A DNA stretch of 64,000 nucleotides from Candidatus Heimdallarchaeota archaeon (GTDB lineage Archaea > Asgardarchaeota > Heimdallarchaeia > Hodarchaeales > Hodarchaeaceae): assembly GCA_019057635.1 (NCBI GenBank), contig DXJL01000113.1:6737-70736 (forward strand), given 5' to 3'. Positions 54,506 to 64,000 of the stretch are shown one piece after another (within the stretch, counting starts at the first letter, position 1; the number at the start of each line of letters is the position of its first letter). The notes under the pieces are model-generated. The model had not been told where the DNA came from. It did no database searches and saw nothing but the letters and a program-made list of their open reading frames with translations. Made by a program: the position numbers and the translations under genes.

Positions 54506-55186
54506 TCATGCTTTTTTTATGATCATAATTGCATGCTTCTTCTCAAAAGCGTCAATAGTTGAATTTTCGAGTACTTGTAATCCAAAATCGTCTTCTAATA
54601 CTTTCATCTGATTGGAAAACACCTCTTCTGGTTCAAGAGAAACATCAATACTTTGAGATTTTATGGCTATGACACCTACTCCCCCTGGCTTCAGGTACTC
54701 TTGTGCATTTCTACCAAAAATTGTTGCTTGCTCAGGCTGGGAAACATCTTGATATATAAGATCGAGATTGAAAACATAGGAGGAATACTCTTCTGGCCTT
54801 CTAGCATCAGCAAGAATTGGAATCAGATTTGGACGTTGTTCTGCAAGGCGATAAAACTTTCTCATGACTTTTGGAGAGAATTCGACTCCATATATGAACC
54901 CATCATCTAAAATATCAGAGAAATGAGAAGGAGTTGTGCCTGTAGAGACCCCCAAGTAAAGGATATTTTTTCCTTTCAGTTGTGGAAGAAGTTTCATTCC
55001 CGATAAGTAAGCTGCAGCAAATTTTGATCGAAACGGATCCCAAAGTCTATACTCCTCGTTGTCAACCTTGATTAATCTCTCGCCGTACACAGAAGTCCCA
55101 GGAACTTTGTTTTTAGTGGCGAGACGATTTTTTTGATCAATTTTTAACTGATACATTCCCTGAATCATTGTTTCTTTTACTTGCAT
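54506..55186 (-). CDS. flpA: Fibrillarin (C/D box sRNP 2'-O-methyltransferase)
   Basis: YLGVSTGTTPSHFSDI, YGVEFSPKVMRK, IPILADARRPEEY and IYQDVSQPEQA match the fibrillarin signature. Confidence 0.9.
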   Translation of the reverse strand: MQVKETMIQGMYQLKIDQKNRLATKNKVPGTSVYGERLIKVDNEEYRLWDPFRSKFAAAYLSGMKLLPQLKGKNILYLGVSTGTTPSHFSDILDDGFIYGVEFSPKVMRKFYRLAEQRPNLIPILADARRPEEYSSYVFNLDLIYQDVSQPEQATIFGRNAQEYLKPGGVGVIAIKSQSIDVSLEPEEVFSNQMKVLEDDFGLQVLENSTIDAFEKKHAIMIIKKA

Positions 55187-55213
55187 TTTTTCACCTTGAG
55201 ATTACTATAATTA

Positions 55214-56527
55214 TCAATCTTTTTTCGTATACCGTCGTTTTTTATGTTTTGAGTCTTTTCTTGGCCCAGATTTCTTTGATCCTTTTTGATACAGTTTTCC
55301 GCGCTTTCCTCTAGGTTTATAGTCTTTTTTCTTCTGCTTTCTTGTTCTCTGCTTCTCTGAAGGCTCGGGGAAGGATTCCTTTATCTCGTCTATTCTTTTC
55401 TCAAGATCTTTTAATAACGTTGGAGCAATAAACTCGCCACTGAAAAAGTCAACTCGTGCAGCAATACTCAATTTTCCCGCTAATGCCCTAGCAATCTTCC
55501 CTCTCTGATGCATTTTTGCAGAATGAATGAATTGAGATTGAAAGATGACACCATGTTTCGGAGGATCTTCTCCTGATCTTAAATGCCTGAATAATGCTTT
55601 TTCTGCACCTAGGACTTGAATTGTTCCTGAAGATTTTTTTGCTAGATTCTCCAAACTCCCTACAAGGGAGATGAGACGAGCTCCAAGCAAACTTCCTACA
55701 AGTAATTGTAAGTTAGGAGCTACTTCCTTCATGCTTTCTTCAATGTATTTTTCTAAGGTTTCTTTAGTGTTAAGGATTTCCACCCCAAAGGATGCCAAAT
55801 TGGATATCGGATTCATATCATATGTTGAAATTTCAGCACCAAGAGATTTTTCTGCAGCTTCGTGAATTAGTTCTTGTCTTCGTTCAGATAGTGAAACAAT
55901 TTCATCGGTTGCTATTTCTGACCGAAGCTTTCCCTGCATTTTTGATACAAGTCTTATGTATTGATTATTATCTCTCACCAATTCTTGTAATTCTGGAAAA
56001 TGAATCCCATACCATTCTGATAAGCGAGCAAAAATCAAGTTTATAATTGAATTAATATCATCAATACTATTAATTGCTTGAGCAAGATATTTATCCCTAG
56101 CTTCTACGTTCTCCCGTAAGAGAGTCTGAGTATGAACAAGAGATTTCTTGCGCATTAAAGAGATAAGATCTGTTGGACTTGCTAGATTTAATTTTTCGAC
56201 AAGATATTCATTTATATTGGTTCTAAATGTGGAAAATTCTCCTGTACTTGCAAAACGAACCTGATCATATCCAATCTCCCGTAAATGGTCAACTACCATT
56301 GCATTATCAGAAACAATTTCTTCTGTTATGTCTGGTAAGGCCTTTCGTATTTCTTCCTCATGCTCGTGAAGAAAAACTTGGAACTCATCAGTTAAAATTG
56401 TTTCAGTGTTTGTAAACATAACGGAATCAAATATCTTTGTCGATTCAGAAGTCATCTCTCCAAAGATAACCCCTGCTGCTGATACTAGTACGCCTTTCAA
56501 TTTTACACACCCGATTATATAATTCAT
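55214..56527 (-). CDS. nop5: Nop5 (Nop56/58) C/D box sRNP core protein with a lysine-rich C-terminal tail
   Basis: The NOP domain GAEKALFRHLRSGEDPPKHGVIFQSQFIH...KGKIARALAGKLSIAARVDFFSG is present. The tail reads KQRTRKQKKKDYKPRGKRGKLYQKGSKKSGPRKDSKHKKRRYTKKD. The gene forms an operon with flpA. Confidence 0.85.
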   Translation of the reverse strand: MNYIIGCVKLKGVLVSAAGVIFGEMTSESTKIFDSVMFTNTETILTDEFQVFLHEHEEEIRKALPDITEEIVSDNAMVVDHLREIGYDQVRFASTGEFSTFRTNINEYLVEKLNLASPTDLISLMRKKSLVHTQTLLRENVEARDKYLAQAINSIDDINSIINLIFARLSEWYGIHFPELQELVRDNNQYIRLVSKMQGKLRSEIATDEIVSLSERRQELIHEAAEKSLGAEISTYDMNPISNLASFGVEILNTKETLEKYIEESMKEVAPNLQLLVGSLLGARLISLVGSLENLAKKSSGTIQVLGAEKALFRHLRSGEDPPKHGVIFQSQFIHSAKMHQRGKIARALAGKLSIAARVDFFSGEFIAPTLLKDLEKRIDEIKESFPEPSEKQRTRKQKKKDYKPRGKRGKLYQKGSKKSGPRKDSKHKKRRYTKKD

Positions 56528-56702
56528 GCAAACCTATTCCCAGATATAATTCTTTCTTTCAAAATCATTAGTTGCTATAAATCAATCTGAGGAGGAAGAA
56601 CGATCTCTACTCTGTTCTAATGTAAACTTTGGTTAGAAGATACTTTTTTTATAATGGGTAAAACCTATATTGAAATGCTTAAAGCGAAAACTGGAATAGA
56701 AA

Positions 56703-56888
56703 ATGATGCGACAAAAACCCATAAGTATCAAAATTCCTGATCAAATACTCATTCTCATCGATAACTTCGTACGCCTTGGCCAATATGAATCAAGATCCCA
56801 TTTTTTGCGTATGGCTATTGAGGAGTTGCTTAAACAGGAAAGGGAAACTTGGGATAAATTAGTGGATCAGATTTCACAGAAAGAATAA
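56703..56888 (+). CDS. Ribbon-helix-helix (CopG/Arc/MetJ-like) DNA-binding protein
   Basis: ISIKIPDQILILIDNFV (beta-strand) is followed by SRSHFLRMAIEELL (helices). The length is 61 aa. Confidence 0.5.
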   Translation: MMRQKPISIKIPDQILILIDNFVRLGQYESRSHFLRMAIEELLKQERETWDKLVDQISQKE

Positions 56889-56900
56889 CTTGGATGAATT

Positions 56901-57482
56901 ATGTATTCATTTTCTCAGGAGGAAAAGCAGCAACTTCTTTTTGCATGTATTATTTTTGTAATAGTCGAACTCTCAATACTTATAAATTTTTTAAACCTTC
57001 TAGAGCTATTAATCACTGGCGTTTTAATTCTCCCACTATTCGCATTACACGAATTAGCCCATAAATATACAGCTGTGAGATATGGATTTCCTGCAAAATT
57101 TCATTTAGATCAAAGTATGGCTGTACTTTCACTAATGACGGTATTATTTCCTTTTAAAATAATCGCGCCTGGTGCAATTATTTGGTATGGTAATCCTTCT
57201 AGCAGAATTAGAGCCAATGTCTCAATAATGGGACCTTTAGTCAATATCTTTTTAGGAGGATTTTTATTAATCACTTCGACTTTTCTCCCCCCTTTGTGGG
57301 GTTTTATCATAGTTTTCATCAGTAAAGCTTCATTTGATATCGCCCTCTTCAATCTTCTACCATTCTCTATCTTAGATGGAGCAAAGGTCTATAGATGGAA
57401 TCAAGAGGTTTATTTCATAATATTTGGTTTTACAGCCTTAATTTGGCTTTTTCATCCTCTAGGCATATTGAGTGGAATTTAA
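56901..57482 (+). CDS. Minimal site-2 protease (peptidase M50) family membrane metalloprotease
   Basis: The intramembrane HExxH is LHELAHKY. A second motif, NLLPFSILDGAKV, matches N-x2-P-x3-LDG. There are four or more TM helices. Confidence 0.6.
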   Translation: MYSFSQEEKQQLLFACIIFVIVELSILINFLNLLELLITGVLILPLFALHELAHKYTAVRYGFPAKFHLDQSMAVLSLMTVLFPFKIIAPGAIIWYGNPSSRIRANVSIMGPLVNIFLGGFLLITSTFLPPLWGFIIVFISKASFDIALFNLLPFSILDGAKVYRWNQEVYFIIFGFTALIWLFHPLGILSGI

Positions 57483-57484
57483 CA

Positions 57485-57874
57485 ATGAATTATTTAACTT
57501 CAAAAGAAAAACGTTCACTAGGGATAGCAATCGGACTCATTCTATCCTTACTACTCACTTTTCTTTTATATTCGGGAAATAATGAACCATTATTACTTCT
57601 GTCTTGGGGAATAATATCAATTTTATTCTCATTAATTATTGCCTATACGTTTGTTTTTCAATCAACACCCTCCCATTCTGAGATAAGGGATTCATTTAGT
57701 CCGAGAATAATTCCACCTTCCAAAATAAGGAAAAAAACACAAATTCAGGGGCAATGCAGTCAGTGTGGATCACCTACTTTGCTTGGATTTACTTGTTCAT
57801 ATTGTGGAAGATATTTTTGTACAAATCATCGTCTTCCAGAAAAACATGAATGCACTGGGCTATACCACAAATAA
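57485..57874 (+). CDS. Membrane-anchored AN1-type zinc-finger protein. The track ORF starts at 57395, but the Met at 57485 after the preceding gene's stop is preferred.
   Basis: Two N-terminal TM helices are followed by the C-terminal CSQCG-x10-CSYCGRYFCTNHRLPEKHEC. This matches the AN1 consensus C-x2-C-x10-C-x2-C-x4-C-x2-H-x5-H-x-C exactly. Confidence 0.55.
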   Translation: MNYLTSKEKRSLGIAIGLILSLLLTFLLYSGNNEPLLLLSWGIISILFSLIIAYTFVFQSTPSHSEIRDSFSPRIIPPSKIRKKTQIQGQCSQCGSPTLLGFTCSYCGRYFCTNHRLPEKHECTGLYHK

Positions 57875-57882
57875 AAACAGAT

Positions 57883-59349
57883 TTAAGAAGAAATCGCATG
57901 TACAAATTCTGATATAAGAAGATTGAGTATACCTAAACAAAGAAACAAGAAGTAAAAGGCATTGAACAGATAAAAACCTCCAAGGGTACAATACTTGACG
58001 AAACCAAGAACAAGAATGAGCATATAAATCAATTCCACAATTGTAAGTCTATCTAAAGGAATATGATTGTGGATTTTTTGGCGAGACGAATCACCTATTC
58101 CTGATACGTTATATTTTGGTGTTCTTACAAATTCTCCTCCTTTCATTACAAACCCTGTGAGCGTTCCCACTGCCATTCGTACAACCAAACCTCCTCCCCA
58201 AAAGAGGAAAAGAGGGATAAGGATTAAAACCCACCTTGCTCTTTCTGCGCGAATAATTGCTGATGCATAAGCAACAATTCCGCAGAATGTAGCAACTGCA
58301 AAAAGGAGTCCAAAAATAAAAAAAGGCTCTGTGTCTAACGAGGGGCTAAATATCAACAATGTGCTTGTGATTGTATTAATTACTATCATAAAAGGAAAGA
58401 GATACTGAGTCAGATGAACTGTACCTTGTATTTTACATACAAATGAACAGTTAGGAGATAGAAACAAAAATGAGAGAAAATTTTTTCTGATATTTTGTGA
58501 AAACCCCTTAGACCATCTACTCTGTTGGATGATCCATGAACGAAGAGTTGGGGGGATTTCTTGATTATTAACTACACCAGTTAAATAAACAAGTTCATAA
58601 CCCTTCATTTGAGCTCTATAGGCAAGATCTAAATCTTCAGCCAAGGTATCTGAGGACCAATCTCCGCTTGCATCTATCGCTGCTCGCCTCCAAATACCAC
58701 CCGTTCCATTAAAGGATATATAGGCACTTAAACTCTTCCGTCCGATTTTTTCAACCCAAAAATGACCATCTAATCCAATGGACATAGCACGTGTGAATAA
58801 TGAATAATTTAGATTGGAGTACCCCCACCTAGCCTGTACGGCTCCAATATCATTTCTATCCTTGAAATAATGGATACAATTAAGTAAAAAATTCGGATTA
58901 ATTACAAAATCTGAATCAAATATTGCAACAAATTCAGAATTATCTTTATTCAATCCATTTCTTAAAGCACCTGCTTTGAATCCATCTCGTGTAGATCTTC
59001 GAATGATATTTACATTAAATCCTTTTTCTTTTAAACGCTTGATATTTAATTCAATCAATCTTGAAGTATCATCTGTGGAATCATCAAGAATTTGAAATTT
59101 TAAACGATCTAATGGATAAATAATATTCTCCAAATTTACTAGCGTTTTCTCTATTATTTTTGATTCATTATAAATAGGTAACTGAATAGTAACAGTAGGA
59201 AGCTCCAATTCACTATATTTCTCTTTAGGGATGGGATCCTTCCAATTAACAGACGTAATTGTAAGGAAGAACAAATTAACAGGATATGGGATAATGATAA
59301 GAGCAGAAATTAAATTTAAACTTAATATTATTAAGAGAATTAAATCCAT
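57883..59349 (-). CDS. Family 2 glycosyltransferase, processive synthase-like (CESA/chitin synthase-like), multi-TM
   Basis: The GT2 D...DxD region (ILDDSTDD, FDSDF) and QQSRWSKG (QxxRW) are present. TM helices lie at the N-terminus and in the C-terminal half. Confidence 0.75.
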   Translation of the reverse strand: MDLILLIILSLNLISALIIIPYPVNLFFLTITSVNWKDPIPKEKYSELELPTVTIQLPIYNESKIIEKTLVNLENIIYPLDRLKFQILDDSTDDTSRLIELNIKRLKEKGFNVNIIRRSTRDGFKAGALRNGLNKDNSEFVAIFDSDFVINPNFLLNCIHYFKDRNDIGAVQARWGYSNLNYSLFTRAMSIGLDGHFWVEKIGRKSLSAYISFNGTGGIWRRAAIDASGDWSSDTLAEDLDLAYRAQMKGYELVYLTGVVNNQEIPPTLRSWIIQQSRWSKGFSQNIRKNFLSFLFLSPNCSFVCKIQGTVHLTQYLFPFMIVINTITSTLLIFSPSLDTEPFFIFGLLFAVATFCGIVAYASAIIRAERARWVLILIPLFLFWGGGLVVRMAVGTLTGFVMKGGEFVRTPKYNVSGIGDSSRQKIHNHIPLDRLTIVELIYMLILVLGFVKYCTLGGFYLFNAFYFLFLCLGILNLLISEFVHAISS

Positions 59350-59519
59350 CTTTCAATTATCCTATATGATAAGTTGATTGAGAAAAAGAAATATTTAATT
59401 TATGCCTATATTTCATATATCAAGTAAATTCCATTCTCATCTTTAGATAAATTGTGCAGAACGAGTAAATAGTAATTAAAAAGGCTATTGATCCTCAACT
59501 ATTCTCCAGGTGCTATGAT

Positions 59520-61031
59520 TTGGTAAATGACTTAATTTCAACTCTTGAAATGTCTATCGCTGATGTAAATGCAGATTATCTTGGAGTAAAAAGAATAATT
59601 CTGATGGAAAACGCTGGAAGGGGGTTAGCTGAATTTATATGGGACATTTGTAAGGAATCTCATTGTTCATCTATCGTTATTATTGCAGGTAAAGGCGGGA
59701 ATGGAGGCGATGGGATGGTTGCAGCACGTCATCTCGCCAATAAAACTAAAGTTTCTCTTTATTTAGTAGGGGCAAAAGAGGATATCAAGAAACATTCAAC
59801 CCGAAAAAATTGGGAGATTCTAGAGAATCTACCACATTCTATTAGCGTAAATGAAGTAAGCGATCCTGTAGATTTAAATAAAATAAATATCAGTAAAAAG
59901 ACAATAATTGTTGATGCACTATTTGGAACTGGAGTTCGTGGAGAAATTACTGGTCATTATTCCAAAGTTATTTCCTATATTAACTCATGCGAAAAGAAAG
60001 GGGCTATTATAATATGTGTTGATACCCCCTCAGGAATCGATCCGAATACCGGTCAAAAAGCCAATATTTTCGTCAAAGGTCATTATACGGTAGTTTTTCA
60101 TAAACAGAAACAAGGATTAACAGTAGAGAATTCAGGCAAAATCACAGTTATTTCAATAGGAATTCCCCCAGAAGCAGAATTTATTGTTGGTCCTGGAGAT
60201 CTATTGGCGCTTTCTAATAAAAATAAATGGGTAAAAAAAGGAGATCAAGGAAAAATACTCGTGATAGGGGGAAATGAAAAATATTCTGGGGCCCCAGCTC
60301 TAGCAGCTATGGGGGCCTTACAAGCAGGTTCAGATTTAGTGACAATTATTGCTCCTAAACACGTTTCACATGCTATTCGTTCCTACACTCCAGAGTTTAT
60401 AGTCGATAGCTATCCATCCTCCCACCTAACATCTGAATCACTACCTTTTCAACAAATGAAAGAAACTGATTCAATAGTATTAGGGCCCGGATTAGGACGT
60501 CATTCTGATACTCAAAAAGCGGTGGAAAAAATTCTTAAATTCACAAAAACACATGATATTCCATTAGTTATAGATGCAGATGCATTACATCTTATTAACC
60601 GATCTCAATTGTACTCAAAGGTTATTCTTACACCTCATGCGGGCGAGTTTGCAGTTCTAACTGGAATTATATTACCTTCTGGTTTTTCTTCATTTTCAGA
60701 GAGACTAAATGCAGTATTAAAAGCAACTAAAGATTCTCCCGCAGTATGGTTAGTTAAGGGCCCATGGGATATCATATCTTGTTCTGAGAAGTATAAGATT
60801 AATAAATCTGGTGTCCCTGAAATGTCACGTGGGGGTACTGGAGATATTCTAGCAGGTTTAACCGCAGGTTTTGTAAACAAAACAAAAAATCTTTTCTACG
60901 CAGCCACGATTTCGGCATTTATTAACGGGAAAGCTGGAGAGCTGTCTCGTAGGGATTTTTCCACATCAAATTTGCTAACAAAAATACCCGAAGCACTGCG
61001 ATCTAGTTGGAATTTTATCTCTGAAGATTAG
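59520..61031 (+). CDS. nnr: Bifunctional NAD(P)H-hydrate repair enzyme (YjeF-N epimerase plus YjeF-C ADP-dependent dehydratase)
   Basis: The YjeF-N motif IIAGKGGNGGDGMVAARHL is present. The YjeF-C motifs are KILVIGGNEKYSGAPALAAMGAL and SRGGTGDILAGLTAGF. Confidence 0.85.
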   Translation: MVNDLISTLEMSIADVNADYLGVKRIILMENAGRGLAEFIWDICKESHCSSIVIIAGKGGNGGDGMVAARHLANKTKVSLYLVGAKEDIKKHSTRKNWEILENLPHSISVNEVSDPVDLNKINISKKTIIVDALFGTGVRGEITGHYSKVISYINSCEKKGAIIICVDTPSGIDPNTGQKANIFVKGHYTVVFHKQKQGLTVENSGKITVISIGIPPEAEFIVGPGDLLALSNKNKWVKKGDQGKILVIGGNEKYSGAPALAAMGALQAGSDLVTIIAPKHVSHAIRSYTPEFIVDSYPSSHLTSESLPFQQMKETDSIVLGPGLGRHSDTQKAVEKILKFTKTHDIPLVIDADALHLINRSQLYSKVILTPHAGEFAVLTGIILPSGFSSFSERLNAVLKATKDSPAVWLVKGPWDIISCSEKYKINKSGVPEMSRGGTGDILAGLTAGFVNKTKNLFYAATISAFINGKAGELSRRDFSTSNLLTKIPEALRSSWNFISED

Positions 61032-61639
61032 TTCGAGAGCTGCAATCTATCTGCTTCGAAAGCATCAATTTCCTCAAGAATTCCAAATATTTTATGGATC
61101 GATTGGTAAACATATTCTTCCTTTTTTGCACCCGTGCATACCAATTTTCCTGATTGAAAGAGAAGAAGTACTACTTTTGGTTCTTGCATTCGGTAAATTA
61201 GTCCTGGAAATTGCTCTGGTTCATACATGGAATGCTCTAATAAGAGGGCAGCCAATTCAAGATTTATTCTCTTTCCTAAGGTTCCAGAAGCAACAATATT
61301 TTGAACTGTTATTGTGGCTTCATGCTTCACATTGTGACCTGCTTGCCGTAATAATTCAGAAATGACCTCAACAGCTTCCTGGATCATTTCTACTGATTTG
61401 GCACCAGTTACAACAAGTTTTCCAGAGGAAAAAACCAGTATTGAGACTTTTGGTTTTTTGATCTTGACTACGACACCTGGAAACTGCTCAGGTATGTAAG
61501 AAACTTGCACATCTCCGGGAAGACGGCTTGCGGCTCTTTCAAGCTTAATTTTACAGCGTAAATCTACTGAAGCAACTACATTTTGAACTTCAGCAAATAT
61601 TTCATCTTTAATTGACTCATTTGACATGATAATCACCAT
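61028..61639 (-). CDS. tbp: TATA-box binding protein
   Basis: The two direct repeats VQNVVASVDL...FPGVVVKIKKPKVSILVFSSGKLVVTGAK and VQNIVASGTL...FPGLIYRMQEPKVVLLLFQSGKLVCTGAK are present. Confidence 0.9.
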   Translation of the reverse strand: MVIIMSNESIKDEIFAEVQNVVASVDLRCKIKLERAASRLPGDVQVSYIPEQFPGVVVKIKKPKVSILVFSSGKLVVTGAKSVEMIQEAVEVISELLRQAGHNVKHEATITVQNIVASGTLGKRINLELAALLLEHSMYEPEQFPGLIYRMQEPKVVLLLFQSGKLVCTGAKKEEYVYQSIHKIFGILEEIDAFEADRLQLSN

Positions 61640-61741
61640 CGTAACAAAATTAAGAGCGAGTATACAATGTGAAGAAAAATTAAGGGAAAATCTATTCTTC
61701 TAGAATAGATACAGACCCTTCTACTTATTAAAAAACCAAAC

Positions 61742-61767
61742 TTATAAGCATTTATAAGGTTTATAAG
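61742..61767. promoter_or_regulatory. Three closely spaced TTATAAG motifs (TATA-box-like) in the tbp-tfb divergent intergenic region
   Basis: cTTATAAGcatTTATAAGgtTTATAAGctg is about 100 bp from the tbp start and about 340 bp upstream of tfb. The region is AT-rich and ORF-free. Confidence 0.3.
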
Positions 61768-62108
61768 CTGAGTTCAGTTTTTTTCTGAAATGTTTTCGAA
61801 TGAATGTTTGGTAAACTGACTTTCCTATATTGAAACTAGGATTTTTGTTTTTATATGCGATGAATTATTATTTTAAATATTTTCTGTTGGTGAAATTATA
61901 GAAGTAATTGGATTTTCTAAAGAACAGCTTATTTATAGAAAAAGACTTAGGAGATCAGTATATCCTTACTCTAGGTTCAATATTCAGAAATATTTTCTTT
62001 CGATTTTTAGCTAAAATATCGAAGAAATTGATTTCTTTTCCAATACTTATTTAAAAGCCTATCCATTATATAAAACCCATTCGAGGTTTCAACTGGAGGG
62101 CAAGTTGT

Positions 62109-63047
62109 TTGACGCCACCTGAACAAAAATGTCCCGAATGCGGTAGTAACGATATTGTAATGGACATGACAAAAGGCACTTCAATTTGTGCATCATGTGG
62201 ACTTGTTATTGATTTACAAATCGATTTAGGCCCAGAGTGGCGAGCTTATAATTCAACTGAACTTCAAGAACGCGCTCGAGCAGGAGGCCCCATCACTCCA
62301 CTTAAAGCGGAAATGGGTTTACGAACTCAAATCGGAAATATTAGAAAAGATATTTCGGGAAGGACTCTTCCATTTTCTTCACAAACTAAGTATAGGCGGC
62401 TTTCACGAATTGATAACCGAACAAGAAAATCGGAAATCAGAAATTTACGCTTTGCCTTAAAGGAATTAAAACGAATTAAAAGTCAACTTGAACTACCAGA
62501 AGATGTGGCCGAAATGGGAGCCATGATATATCGTAAAGCACTGAAAAAAAACCTCATTCGCGGGCGTTCGATTGATGGGATGATCGCAGCTAGTTTGTAC
62601 CTTGCCTGTCGAAAAAAGAAACTCCCCCAAACATTAAAAGATATCGCTTCAGTATCTAATATCTCTTCCAAAGAATTAGGCAGATGTATAAGAATTATTC
62701 TTCAAAAATTAGATTTGAAAGTTAGTCCAAGCGATTATTCCGCGTTAGTTCATCGTCTTGGAATTAACCTTCGTGTTACCATGAGAGCTCGTCGACAAGC
62801 CGTAAAAATATTAAATATTGCCCGATTACGAGGAGCTACGGTTGGTAAAAATCCAATGAGCCTAGCAGCTGCATCACTATATATCGCAACAATACAAACT
62901 GGTGAGCGCCGTACACAACAAGAAATCGCTACGGCCGCCAAAATTACTCCTGTCACAATCAGAAATCGATTCAAAGAATTAGTAAAAATTATTGATGCGG
63001 AGTCTTCGAAGGATGGTCATGATCCTCTTCAATCTTTACTTGTTTAG
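62109..63047 (+). CDS. tfb: Transcription initiation factor IIB (TFB)
   Basis: The N-terminal zinc ribbon CPECGS...CASCG and the B-reader region are followed by two cyclin-fold repeats. The length is 312 aa. Confidence 0.9.
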   Translation: MTPPEQKCPECGSNDIVMDMTKGTSICASCGLVIDLQIDLGPEWRAYNSTELQERARAGGPITPLKAEMGLRTQIGNIRKDISGRTLPFSSQTKYRRLSRIDNRTRKSEIRNLRFALKELKRIKSQLELPEDVAEMGAMIYRKALKKNLIRGRSIDGMIAASLYLACRKKKLPQTLKDIASVSNISSKELGRCIRIILQKLDLKVSPSDYSALVHRLGINLRVTMRARRQAVKILNIARLRGATVGKNPMSLAAASLYIATIQTGERRTQQEIATAAKITPVTIRNRFKELVKIIDAESSKDGHDPLQSLLV

Positions 63048-63069
63048 AAGGATAAATTAGAATACGATT

Positions 63070-63771
63070 TTATGATACATCTTCAACCGAAGATACTATT
63101 CCATCCTTAATGTGGAAGATTCTATTTGCCTCTTTGGCAATATTGGAATCGTGAGTGACAAGAATCAAGGTTTGATTTTCAGTTTTATTTACTTCTCTCA
63201 ACAAACTCAATACTGCTTGTCCCGATTCCGTATCCAAATCTCCAGTAGGCTCATCAGCTAATAATATAGTTGGTTTGTTGGCAAGGGAACGCGCTATTGC
63301 GACTCTTTGACGTTCTCCTCCACTTAATTCATCTGGTTTATGATCTTTGCGCCTCAACAGATCCACTTTCTCGAGTAATTCTGTTGCTCTTTTCACGCGT
63401 CTATCCTTTGGTATTCCTGCTATCAACATTGGTAATTCGACGTTTTCTAATGCAGTCAGGACGGGAAGTAAATTATAAAATTGAAATATAAATCCTACAC
63501 TTTTTCGTCTAATTTCTGTAAGTTGTTGTTCGCTTGCTCGAGATATATCGCTTCCTTCAAGTAAAACTTGTCCAGAGGACGGATTATCTAATGAACCAAT
63601 AATATTGAGAAGGGTTGTCTTCCCACAGCCGCTAGGACCCATTATAGAAATCATTTCTCCCCTGTTTATTTTCATATTAATCCCTCTCAAAGCATCGACC
63701 CTCACTTCTCCTAAGATGTAAGATTTCCTTAGATTTCTACATTCAACAACTATATCTTGACCTGATGCCAT
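63070..63771 (-). CDS. ABC transporter ATP-binding protein (LolD/MacB-type)
   Basis: Walker A GPSGCGKTT, the signature LSGGERQR, Walker B ILLADEPTGDLD and the H-loop VTHD are present. Confidence 0.85.
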   Translation of the reverse strand: MASGQDIVVECRNLRKSYILGEVRVDALRGINMKINRGEMISIMGPSGCGKTTLLNIIGSLDNPSSGQVLLEGSDISRASEQQLTEIRRKSVGFIFQFYNLLPVLTALENVELPMLIAGIPKDRRVKRATELLEKVDLLRRKDHKPDELSGGERQRVAIARSLANKPTILLADEPTGDLDTESGQAVLSLLREVNKTENQTLILVTHDSNIAKEANRIFHIKDGIVSSVEDVS

Positions 63772-64000
63772 TTAAACCGCCTTCAACTACTTTTTTAATT
63801 CAAATAATATTGTACAGTAGATTAATTGGTCAAGGCAGCGATTCAATTACGAGTTATTAACATTTTTATGAAGGAAAGAAATTTATTATCTCGTTACAAC
63901 CAAATTCCAACGATCTGACAATTCAAGTCATTATATAATAAGTATTGAAAACTTGTCGTTAGAATAAGGGCTTATCGGGGTAAAAACTTTATAAAAAAAC

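Noticed and set aside
1-64000. Transposases, integrases, prophage or plasmid genes, toxin-antitoxin pairs
   Set aside because: Nothing recognisable was found. The RHH protein at 56703 has no adjacent toxin-like partner. The window looks like core chromosome.

Overview
The window is a low-GC (~33-35%), gene-dense archaeal chromosomal segment. Its gene content points to an Asgard (Lokiarchaeia-like) archaeon. Typical archaeal information-processing genes are present: ThrRS, GlyRS, aIF2 alpha and beta, S27e, S8e, S24e, S27ae, Nop10, Gar1, Nop5-fibrillarin, RpoE'-Spt4, TFS, TBP, TFB, PolB, Kae1-Bud32, EndA, NMD3, a NOL1/NOP2 methyltransferase and tRNA-Leu(GAG). Interleaved with them are eukaryotic-signature proteins. 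The most notable system is a compact ubiquitin-conjugation locus at about 3.2-11.3 kb. It holds a ubiquitin-like protein ending in Gly-Gly, an E1-like activating enzyme, an E2 (UBC) enzyme, a JAMM/MPN+ deubiquitinase, a UEV/E2-variant-like protein, a large multi-zinc-ribbon protein, an SPFH protein and an ESCRT-II Vps22/EAP30 homologue. Two tandem Arf-like GTPases lie immediately upstream. Other eukaryote-like elements are two Roadblock/LC7 proteins flanking a small GTPase, a Get3/ArsA ATPase with a CxxC motif, an AN1-type zinc finger on a membrane anchor, a proline-rich protein, and a Nop5 with a KKD-rich tail. Further observations: an orphan A/V-ATPase B subunit, a KaiC-like pseudo-ATPase, a GC-rich island that may be a structured RNA (RNase P RNA-like motifs), a 32-bp tandem repeat upstream of a K+-independent H+-pyrophosphatase, and a triple TTATAAG motif between tbp and tfb. 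No CRISPR array, transposase or integrase was seen. All calls rest on motif and composition reading of the supplied ORF translations and DNA; no database search was run.
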